DNA of 64,000 nt from Phyllobates terribilis (lineage: Eukaryota), in contig NW_027362767.1 of NCBI RefSeq assembly GCF_046119375.1, forward strand, positions 429,102,001 to 429,166,000. The letters are read 5' to 3'. The notes under the pieces are model-generated. The model searched no databases. It had not been told where the DNA came from and saw only the letters and a program-made list of their open reading frames with translations. Made by a program: the position numbers and the translations under genes. Positions within the stretch are counted from its first letter, which is position 1, and every line of letters begins with the position of its first letter. Shown here one piece after another: positions 49,659 through 60,677 of the stretch.

Positions 49659-50046
49659 AGGCATATTCCCATTATCATACAGTAGGTGGAAATTGTCATA
49701 TAGAGCTTGAAAAAAAAAAAAACAAGCAGTTTAGTAATTTTTATTCTTGAGATATTAACACTTTTCTGTTTGTTTACAGCTCGTTGCCTAAGAGACCGAC
49801 CACCCCTGCAGTCTACCTTGTAAACACTGCGTTGAAGCTGGCTGGGATTAGGAGGTAACAGCGCGCTCCAGCGATTCTGCTAGCTACAGACCAGCGCTTA
49901 CAAGTTAAACAGAAAAGAGCTTGTAAGCGCTGCACTTGTTCTGTGAAGCTGTGGTGGTCGGTCTCCAAGGCGACAAGCTGTAAACAAAACAAAAGTGTTA
50001 ATATCTCAAGAACGACTGAAAAGGTTATAAAAACGGGAATAACCCT
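49659..50046. mobile_element. T2/Kolobok-like MITE
   Basis: TTAA|AGGCATATTCCC...GGGAATAACCCT|TTAA with a long internal inverted repeat (CTTGAGATATTAACACTTTT...AAAAGTGTTAATATCTCAAG). Confidence 0.65.
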
Positions 50047-50278
50047 TTAAACTCTAAATAGGAAACGGTTTCCCCTGTTCTCGAGTCCTGACCGCTCACA
50101 CGATTACACAAACCTCCAGGGGAAGGTGAATAAAATATATTTAATATTTAATCCATAGTAATAGTCATTTCTGAAATTATTTACAATTAACAGTACAATT
50201 AGCGCTGGCAGTGACCGTCTCTCCGGCTGCCTCTCCGGGACACACACGGGCCGCGGCACGTCAGACTGGCACCTGAAA

Positions 50279-53200
50279 TCATAAGTACAGGCCACCTGGG
50301 GGGACAAGAGAAAAGATCACATGTCCTGGCTGTAATGGAAATCAGCTCTCTACCTACTAAACTCCTGGTAACGTTGTGCTTATTCACCGCTGCCCATCTG
50401 AGGAAGCAGAGCTGCAGTGTAAAGTACAGTGAACTATAATGGAAAGAAACTTAATTACATCCACACAAGACTGCAAAAAGTGAAAATGATCAAATATGAA
50501 GTAGATGGTCCCCTCTGTCCCTCCGTCCTGACATTTACCTGTCACGTCTACACTCGCTCCGGTGATATATTTGCTCTCGTCCGAGGCCAAGAAAGCGCAA
50601 GCATCGGCGACATCTGAAATAATGAAAACTGCAGTTAGGGAAACGTCTTGGGGATGCGGTAGAGGCTCCTGGAGCTGCACTGTACAGGTGAACACCATCT
50701 ACTGATCACTCCTAGTCCTCCTGGCACTGTCCTGTCCCTCCTATTGCTCTCCCTGTCATTCAGGTCCTGGGCAATGATGTGATGTGCAGCAGCGGAACTG
50801 GAAGAGCGCCACGAGGATAGAGCCGTGTCCACACCAGTGTATGGAGAATTCGGGGTGCAGGCCTGGCTGCCAGTCTCAGAGAACCTATGAACGGCTCACC
50901 TTCAGGCTGGCCGAGTCTTCCCAGCGGTATCATACCCGCAAACTGTGAAAAAAGGGGAGAATAATGAAACCACAATATACACAAGACGTGATCAGAACTG
51001 AAGACACCACACAGGAAAGTGGGAATCACACTGTAACCAACACCCACTGTGGAGCAGGGGCACCCAGGTATATCTATAGTCTTCTGTGTAATCAAAATGG
51101 AGGAATTTAAAACAGAGGCAAATTCAGAACCAGAGGAGTCCAAAGAGGCCGATGTCTCACTCAGCACCGTGAAAAAGACTCACTTCTCTGTAGGTTGATA
51201 TTCACTATTATATATTTAGTTGGAAATCTACAGACGTTTGTCTGACTTCAGAAAAGATAAAATTCTACCTGCAGCCGCTATTAACGCCATATGGATTAAC
51301 AGTATACGTCTGTATACAGGGAGCCCCCCCAGTGGTGGCCGCAGGCAGCTCCCCCTAGTGGTGGCCGCAGGGAGCTCTTCCTAGTGGTGGCCGCAGGGAG
51401 CTCCTCCTAGTGGTGGCCGCAGGGAGCTCCTCCTAGTGGTGGCCACAGGGAGCTCCTCCTAGTGGTGGCCGCAGGGAGCTCCGCCTAGTGGTGGCCGCAG
51501 GGAGATCTTCCTAGTGCTGGCCGCAGGGAGCTCCTTCTAGTGGTGGCCGCACGGAGCTCTTCCTAGTGGTGGCCGCAGAGTGTTCCCCCTGGGAGTGGGC
51601 ACAGGGATCTCCCCATAGGGGTGGCAGCAGAGAGCTCCCACTAGTGGCGGCTGCACAGAGCCACTATGACAACATTACAATAAAGTGGGGACGCAGCAGT
51701 ACCGGGTCCTCCGCTACCCCAGACCTCACACCCGTCCTAGGTCCCATGGGTCAGTAATGTGGAGCCACAAATGTATAACAAGAAAGGGGCACCGGGTCCT
51801 ATACATACAAGAGAGTAAAGGACGCCCTACCAGACAGTCACTGCAGACATCCGCTCACCTTGTCCAGCACTTTCTGTGGGACTTTATCAGTCATTGGGGT
51901 GGCAATAAATCCGGGTAATACTGTGTTACAGCGAATACCAAACCTGTGAGGGAGAAGGGGAACCACTGAATGGCAATACTGTACTCATGACTTACATATC
52001 CAGACCACGAGCTGCTTACACCGCTGCAGGGTTCATCACAGAGAGCTCTGACACACTGTAACAAGCTCTGCAGCTGTGGCCAGGGCAGATGTAAGTCATG
52101 CTTCCTTTAATGACTCATTTCTACTCACTTGGCGAGTTCTTTGGCTGCAGTTCTTGTCAGACCTTCGACTCCGGCCTTAGAGGCAGCGTAGTTCGCCTGC
52201 CCGAGATTCCCCACCTGCGGCAGACGATAGATATACCGGTATATAGATTACTGCCTGGTCACCTCGGAGCGAGGAGGACCGCCATAGTGTCAGCTAGTAG
52301 ACACCATGCTCCGTGTGTATTACCGCCCTATACTCGCCCATCAGACTGACGTTCAGTCATTAGACCTGTGTCTATTCATTATTTGTCCATCTCACCTTCC
52401 CCACGATGCTCCCAATGTTAATGATGGAGCCGCCATTTTTCCCACTGGCTACAATAGATCGGGCCACTGCTTGTGTGATCAGAAACGGACCCTGCAGGAG
52501 GCAAAAAGAAAGAAGATGGTGACGTCTGACCTCCCATCATGTCAGATCTCTGCCGCTGACTTCATTGTATTTGACAGGAGAGAAAGAGGAAACCCGAGAC
52601 ACAATGCCCCTAAAATGCTAACTGTGCGCTGACGGAGATGGGTGGGATGTCCATTCTGGGTGTCCATTGAGAGCTAGAATTGCCCCCCTCTTACATGGCC
52701 ATACTCCCTACACTTACTTATACACATTAAAGAAAAGTCGGGGAAATCTGCAGATCTCAGCGCTGCTAATGAGTATGGGGGCACAGAGAGTCTGACAAGA
52801 GCCAAGCGGTCACCATGTGTCTGGGAGGCCAGGAGAGACATCAGTAAGTCACAACAGCTACCTAAGGAGCAAGGAGATCACAAGAGAACGATCCTTGAAA
52901 GGCTCCTAAAAATGTACAAGGAGCAGGAATGTTTCCATATAATAAATAGATGCGTATTCACCGGCTGTAACATCCGTGTGGATCCAGAGCAGGGCGCTCC
53001 AGTGGTCTGTTCTGGGAAAGGATGCAATAACTTCCTGTTCTGGTCAGTAGACCGCTGCAGTCAATCACAGGACTCAGCAGTCAGGGGGCCAAAGAAAGGG
53101 ACGTCATTGCGTCCTATTCCGACACAGAGCAGCCTGCGCTGGATCCATGATGCACCAGACAAATATGAGATGGAGCAGTGTTTATAGAATACAGTCCCTC

Positions 53201-54542
53201 AACAACCAAAGAGAGGACCCCTGAGGCAAATTCTGGGGGGTGACGAAGCTGATATACTGTGTGCAATACTAAGGAAATCTTGACCTGTAGGGGAAAACTT
53301 GTGGAGTGGAGTTAAGAAACACTGGAATAGATAGATTTCTACTCGCTGATAAAGCGCCAACATATTCCACAGCGCTGTACAGACTTTATCATCACTCACA
53401 ATCTACATTCCCTATCAGTATGATGTCTATGGAGTGTGGGAGGAAACCGCCGCAAACACGGGGACAACATACAAACTCCTCAGAGATGTTGTCTTTGGTG
53501 GGATTTGAGCCCTGGACCCCACTGATCCCCTTATCGGCTCAAGGATGTTATTCAGATATATAGATAGGAGGATATAGAAATAATGAAGCCGCACTAGTCG
53601 TATATTGTCGGGTGCTCGCCGTCAGAGAATTACCAAAGACCCCATAAATAACTAACCTAAAAAAAGGAGGGGAGCACCTCACTATTAATGTGCAACAATG
53701 ACAGACTCTTATTAGCCCATGAACCGCAGCGCAATGTTTCTGCTCATACGTCTTGAGCATTTCTCCAGCCTGGTGGGATAGATCGATACCTTGAGGTTGA
53801 CATTCAGCACAGAGTCAAACGATTCCTCTGAGAGGCGAAGCAGAAATTCATCCCTGGTGATTCCAGCGCTATTCACAGCTACACGAGGAGGAGCAGAGAA
53901 GCGAGACTGAGGGGGGAAACAGAGAACAGTCACTGACCAGCACATTACTGTGTGCGCTGCTGGACCACATGCAGGAGGAGCCCGGGGTCCAGTCTACCTG
54001 TATCTGCTCCATTAGGGCAGTGACACTCTCAGATCTGGAGACGTCGGCTGTGAGGGCCACATGGTCCTGTCCTGGGACATCCCGGCTCAGGCTCTGTAGG
54101 GTCTTGTTAGCAGATTCAATGTTAAGATCAATAACAGCGACTGATGCCCCTTCTTGTGACAGTCGCTGGCAGACTGCTCGACCGATGCCGCTGCCACCAC
54201 CTGAGGAGGTGCCAGAGGGAGAAATATATAAACGCTGCATCATATGAATCTGTCACACCACCCGGGGATTAGTTATTTTATGCTCTTGCTGTAAATGAAT
54301 AGAAATATTCTTGTGCACAGATAGCAGAGGAAAAGCTGGACTGGATACAACTGCAACAAACACTCAGCTGTGTCAGCAGGAACAGGTCGGGCATAATCGG
54401 TACATGTCTGCATTCTGCACTGTGGGTCTGAAGTGTGTTTTATACCATCCTGATGGAAATATCACATGAATGTTTACCAGATGCCACTGGTGCCAGTCAC
54501 CCAGGGCCTCCATGATAAAAGAAAAGCATCCACCACTTGGTG

Positions 54543-54597
<55 letters not shown>

Positions 54598-57500
54598 TAC
54601 TCACAAATAGTTAGGGATCTTTGGCATTCATGTGAAATTTATAGAAAAAGTAAAAAGTTCCTGCTCCAGTGATATTTTATCATGACAGTCGGGCATTTTA
54701 GTAGAAACAGCAATGGTGATTTCCACATCTCAAACTATTTATTGACACAAAAGCCAACACCAGTGATGGGTATACCCCTCCAAAAATGTCAATGTCTTAA
54801 TAACTTGAGGATCAAATACAGCTTGACAACAACGTCTCCTGCTGTTCACAAGTGGAGTTATAGTCTGCTGAGGCATGGCATCCCACTCTTCGTGAAGGGC
54901 GATCATTGAGGTTCTGGGGTACAGAGGTAAGAGCCTCTACAAGGTTACTCAGCTGAGCCTACAGGTTTTCTATGGTATTTAGGTCTGGAGAAAGTGCAGG
55001 TCTCTCCATTTGAGGTAACCTGGTCTCCAGCTGCCGTTCCCTAATAATGCGACTTCGATGAGCTGGAGCGTTGTTGTCCCTGAAGATGAAATTAGTCCTG
55101 TGTTGTTCATGCAGAGGCACAATGACTGGATTAATGATGTTATTCACGTAGTAGGCGCATGTCACTGCTGTACCATTCACAAAGTGTAGGGCAGTTCTGT
55201 ATTGACTAGACACCTGCCCACATTGCAATGCCACCACCACCAAAGGCTCATCTGGTGAATATGGTGGCTGGTGTATAGTGCTCTCCTTAACGTCTCCCAA
55301 CATCATTGGCGGCCATCATTTCTGCTCAGTGTGAATCGACTCATCAGTGAACAGCACTGAGGTCCACTGGTGCCTCATCCAGCGTAGATGCTCCCTGGCC
55401 CATGCAGGACGATAGTGGTGTAGTCAGGTACCCTTGCAGTTCGTCTAGCATGCAGACCACGCTGATGTAAACAGCTTTGTATGGTCTGACATGACACTTG
55501 GTGCCTCTCACCTCCCTTAAATGTGCCTGGAGCTGTGATGCATTCACCATCCGATTCCGAAGGGCATTGTTCACAATGAATCAGTCATCAGTGTGGGATG
55601 TGGCCAAAGGACGTCCATGTCTCTGCCTTTCTGTGACTCTTCCAGTCTCTCTGTATCTCTGTTGCACCCTGCTGATGACTCTCTAAGCTCAGTGGCCACT
55701 TCTGAGAACATCCAGCTTAAAGCCTCACAATGGCGCGGTACTGCTGATCAATTGTTAGGTGTCGTCTTGGTCTCATAATGGCAAAATGTGAACAGAGTGA
55801 TGTGGAGGACTGTGTAATACCAATTCTAATTGGACCCCGAAATCCTCAGATTTCACCCGAAAGCCAAATATACCGAACGTTTTGTGAGTAGTATATATAC
55901 AAACTCTTTATACTCTCATTACTGGCGGCTTCTGTAAGCAAAATCCTAATCTCCTTATAGGATTCCATACAAAAAGAAATGGAAACCAAATGGGGCCAAA
56001 ATGCATGTGTCCCATATGTGCCAGGGGCTTCCCGTATGTGCTGAGGAGTCCTATATGTAACAGGGACTTTCTGTATATGTCGGGGCCTCTTGTATGTGCT
56101 GGGGGCTTCCCGTATGTGTCGGGGCTTCCTATACGTATCAGGGACTTTCTGTATGTGCTGGGGGCTTCCTGTATGTCCCAGGGCTTCCTATACGTATCAG
56201 GGATTTTCTGTATATGCCGAGGGCTTCTTGTATGTGCTGGGGGGGCCTCTTGTATATGCCAGGGGGCTTCCTGAATGTGCCGGGGGCTTCATGTAAGTGC
56301 TGGGGGCCGCTTGTATGTGCCAGGGGCTTCCTGTATGTGCTGGGGGCTTCCTATACGTATCAGGGACTTTCTGTATATGTCGGGGGCCTCTTGTATGTGC
56401 TGGGGGCTTTCCGTATGTGTCGGGGCTTCCTATATGTATCAAGGACTTTATGTATGTGCTGGGGGCTTCCTGTATGTGTCGGGAGCTTCCAGTATGTGCC
56501 AGGGCTTCCTATACATATCAGGGACTTTCTGTATGGCCAGGGGCTTCCAGTATGTGCTGGGGGGCCTCTTGTATATGCCGGGGGGCTTCCTGTAAGTGCT
56601 GGGGGCCTCTTGTTTGTGCCAGGGGCTTCCTGTATGTGTTGGGGGCTTCCCATATGTATCAAAGACTTTCTGTATGTACCAAGGGCACATACGTATCTGT
56701 ATGTGTCAAGGGCTTCAAGTATATATGCCGAGGGTCTCTTGTATGTGTTGGAGGCTTCCTGTATAAGCCAGAGGCCTCTTGTATGTGCTGGGGGCTTCCT
56801 TATGGGCTAGGGGGCCTCTTGTATATGCCAGGGGGCTTCCTGAATGTGCCGGGGGCCTCTTGTATGTGCCGGGGGCCTCTAGTATGTGCCGCAGGCTTCC
56901 TGTATATGCCAGGGGCTTCCTGTATGTGCTGGGAGCTTCCTATATGTATCAGGGACTTTCTGTATGTGCCAACGGCTTCCTATACGTATCTGTATGTTCC
57001 GGGGGCTTCCTGTATATGCCTAGGGCCTCTTGTATATATGCTGGGGGCCTCTTGTATGTGCCGGGGGCTTCTTGTCTATATGCCAAGGACCTCTTGTATG
57101 TGCCGGGGGCATCTTGTATGCATCGGGGGCTTCCTGTATGTGCCTAGGGCCTCTTGTATGTGCCGGGGGCTTCCTGTATGTTGCGGGGGCTTACCGTATA
57201 TATGCTGGGGGCCTCTTGTATGTGTCGGGGGCTTCCTGTCAGTGCCGGGGGCTTCTTGTCTATATGCCAAGGACCTCTTGTATGTGCCGGGAGCTTTTTA
57301 TACAAAAATGTTTCCATTCACACACAGCAAGCAGAGATAATAAGAAAATGGGGCGGAAAAAAAGGACATTAAATCTGCCAGAAAGTTGTATAAGTTTTCA
57401 TTCTACAGCAGGTAAAAAGGTTTGCCTGGACAAGTCGCCCCCTAGAAGAGAAAATTATAAAAACTAGTGCCACCATCTGGCACATTGCACCGCGCTGCGT

Positions 57501-58016
57501 CCTGACACAAAGATGTCACCTCGGCTGCGGACATTGTGCCTCCTGTCTGTACAGTGACTGCACAGTCGCCACTTATTGATGCAGTGACAGCCATTGTCGC
57601 TCAGTCAGGTTTTCCCTCTATATCTTATCTGCTTTTTGACTGTTCTTCAGGTATAAATCACTGTCTCAGACTATCTGCACTGTATTTGGTGATTTGTACA
57701 CCGTGCTTTACACTGCAGCACTGCCTGCTGTGTATAAACACAATCCCAGCAGGAGGTAAAGGAAAACGGCTCTGATTACTAATGTCCTTTACTGCACAAT
57801 CACAACAGGCAGGTTATTCCTGTGGGGCGGGAGATAAGCGGCTGCCGGAAGCCTCTGATCTGCGGGTACAAAGGGGCTGACGGCTACAGTCCGACCAGAG
57901 ATCCCTACTGGATCCCAGGAGCCTCTGACAATGGCCGCACAGGGGCGGGAGGGGGTTTATATAGAATGACCTGTCACAAGAGCCAACACAGACCGCAGCC
58001 TGATGGGCGCCGCCAT
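50279..58016 (-). CDS. HSD17B8: 17-beta-hydroxysteroid dehydrogenase 8 / 3-oxoacyl-ACP reductase alpha subunit (Ke6); 9 exons, 255 aa
   Basis: Exons: 57971-58016, 53998-54200, 53790-53906, 52396-52491, 52129-52214, 51859-51943, 50900-50942, 50539-50613, 50279-50295, totalling 768 nt. SDR motifs TGGGSGIG, NSAG and YAASK; ends [12 protein letters not shown]. Confidence 0.96.
51311..51580. repeat. 26-bp minisatellite, about 10 copies, HSD17B8 intron 6
   Basis: GCAGGGAGCTCCTCCTAGTGGTGGCC repeated; shares its core with the 57-bp family. Confidence 0.9.
53349..53521 (-). mobile_element. 5'-truncated V-SINE copy
   Basis: Similar to 12274-12538 (GGAGTGTGGGAGGAAACC...CAAACACGGGGA...GGTGGGATTTGA), including the L2-like tail. 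Confidence 0.7.
54547..54594. repeat. (TA)24 microsatellite at a Tc1 end
   Basis: Direct reading. Confidence 0.95.
54595..55893 (-). mobile_element. Degenerate Tc1-like transposon in HSD17B8 intron 1
   Basis: Ends CACTACTCACAAATAGTTAGGGAT and GAACGTTTTGTGAGTAGTA; minus-strand remnant [16 protein letters not shown]...[10 protein letters not shown]. Confidence 0.75.
55990..57300. repeat. Degenerate ~20-22-bp composite minisatellite, HSD17B8 intron 1
   Basis: Interleaved GGGGGCTTCCTGTATGTGCT, GGGGGCCTCTTGTATGTGCC and ATCAGGGACTTTCTGTATGTG modules. Confidence 0.85.
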
Positions 58017-58175
58017 GATTCCTCCAGGCCGGGGACCATAAAGACGAAGGGACCGGAAGTGCCCGATCATAGATGAGGAGGGAAAGAGCGTCTCCTGCGG
58101 CTCCTCCAGTATCCAGGCCTCTATAGACAGTGACTGGAGACCTGTGACCCTGCAGCATGCTGGGAGTTGTAGTTT
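58017..58175 (-). promoter_or_regulatory. HSD17B8 promoter
   Basis: ETS site CCGGAAGTG at ~58053-58061; minus-strand ACTACAACTCCCAGCATGC (58155-58173), matching the extended ZNF143/Staf consensus. Confidence 0.6.
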
Positions 58176-60677
58176 TACGGCAGCTGCAGAGTGAGGAGTC
58201 TGACATCAGTAGTGAGAATACACAATCCACTCCACCTACTGTAATGTATGTGCACAACACCAGCAGAATAGTGAGTGCAGCTCTGGAGTATAATACAGGA
58301 TGTAACTCAGGATCAGTAATGTCATGTATGTACACAGTGACTGCACCAGCAGAATAGTGAGTGCAGCTCTGGAGTATAATACAGGAGGTAACTCAGGATC
58401 ACTAATGTATGTACACAGTGACTCCACCAGCAGAATAGTGAGTGCAGCTCTGGAGTATAATACAGGATGTAACTCAGGATCAGTAATGTAATGTATGTAC
58501 ACAGTGACTGCACCAGCAGAATAGTGAGTGCAGCTCTGGAGTATAATACAGGAGGTAACTCAGGATCACTAATGTATGTACACAGTGACTACACCAGCAG
58601 AATAGTGAGTGCAGCTCTGGAGTATAATACAGAATGTAACTCAGGATCAGTAATGTAATGTATGTACACAGTGACTGCACCAGCAGACTAGTGAGTGCAG
58701 CTCTGGAGTATAATACAGAATGTAACTCAGGATCAGTAATGTAATGTAATGTACACAGTGACTGCACCAGCAGACTAGTGAGTGCAGCTCTGGAGTATAA
58801 TACAGAATGTAACTCAGGATCAGTAATGTAATGTATGTACACAGTGACTGCACCAGCAGACTAGTGAGTGCAGCTCTGGAGTATAATACAGGATGTAACT
58901 CAGGATCAGTAATGTAATGTATGTACACAGTGACTGCAGCTCTGGGGTATAATACAGGATGTAACTCAGGATCAGTAATGTCATGTATGTACACAGTGAC
59001 TGCACCAGCAGAATAGTGAGTGCAGCTCTGGGGTATAATACAGGATGTAACTCAGGATCAGTAATGTAATGTAATGTACACAGTGACTGCACCAGCAGAA
59101 TAGTGAGTGCAGCTCTGGGGTATAATACAGGATGTAACTCAGGATCAGTAATGTCATGTATGTACACAGTGACTGCACCAGCAGAATAGTGAGTGCAGCT
59201 CTGGGGTATAATACAGGATATAACTCAGGATCAGTAATGTAATGTATGTACACAGTGACTGCACCAGCAGAATAGTGAGTGCAGCTCTGGAGTATAATAC
59301 AGGAGGTAACTAGGATCAGTAATGTAATGTATGTACACAGTGACTACACCAGCAGAATAGTGAGTGCAGCTCTGGAGTATAATACAGGAGGTAACTAGGA
59401 TCAGTAATGTAATGTATGTACACAGTGACTGCACCAGCAGAATAGTGAGTGCAGCTCTGGAGTATAATACAGGAGGTAACTAGGATCAGTAATATAATGT
59501 ATGTACACAGTGACTACACCAGCAGAATAGTGAGTGCAGCTCTGGAGTATAATACAGGAGGTAACTCAGGATTAGTAATGTAATGTATGTACACAGTGAC
59601 TGCACCAGCAGAATAGTGAGTGCAGCTCTGGAGTATAATACAGGATGTAACTCAGGATCAGTAATGTAATGTAATGTACACAGTGACTGCACCAGCAGAA
59701 TAGTGAGTGCAGCTCTGGGGTATAATACAGGATGTAACTCAGGATCAGTAATGTCATGTATGTACACAGTGACTGCACCAGCAGAATAGTGAGTGCAGCT
59801 CTGGGGTATAATACAGGATATAACTCAGGATCAGTAATGTAATGTATGTACACAGTGACTGCACCAGCAGAATAGTGAGTGCAGCTCTGGAGTATAATAC
59901 AGGAGGTAACTAGGATCAGTAATGTAATGTATGTACACAGTGACTACACCAGCAGAATAGTGAGTGCAGCTCTGGAGTATAATACAGGAGGTAACTAGGA
60001 TCAGTAATGTAATGTATGTACACAGTGACTACACCAGCAGAATAGTGAGTGCAGCTCTGGAGTATAATACAGGATGTAACTCAGGATCAGTAATGTAATG
60101 CATGTACACAGTGACTGCACCAGCAGAATAGTGAGTGCAGCTCTGGGGTATAATACAGGATGTAACTCAGGATCAGTAATGTAATGTATGTACACAGTGA
60201 TTGCACCAGCAGAATAGTGAGCGCAGCTCTGGAGTATAATACAGGATGTAACTCAGGATCAGTAATGTCATGTATGTACACAGTGACTGCACCAGCAGAA
60301 TAGTGAGTGCAGCTCTGGAGTATAATACAGGAGGTAACTCAGGATCAGTAATGTAATGTATGTACACAGTGACTGCACCAGCAGAATAGTGAGTGCAGCT
60401 CTGGGGTATAATACAGGCTGTAACTCAGGATCAGTAATGTAATGTATGTACACAGTGACTGCACCAGCAGAATAGTGAGTGCAGCTCTGGGGTGTAATAC
60501 AGGATGTAACTCAGGATCAGTAATGTAATGTATGTACACAGTGACTGCACCAGCAGAATAGTGAGTGCTGCTCTGTAGTATAATACAGGAGGTAACTCAG
60601 GATCAGTACAGGATCAGTAATGTAATGTATGTACACAGTGACTCCACCAGCAGAATAGTGGGTGCAGCTCTGGAGTA

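Noticed and set aside
55990-57467. ORFs up to 347 aa rich in C, G and Y, superficially keratin-associated-protein-like
   Set aside because: They arise from the degenerate minisatellite, overlap in all frames, and lie antisense within HSD17B8 intron 1.
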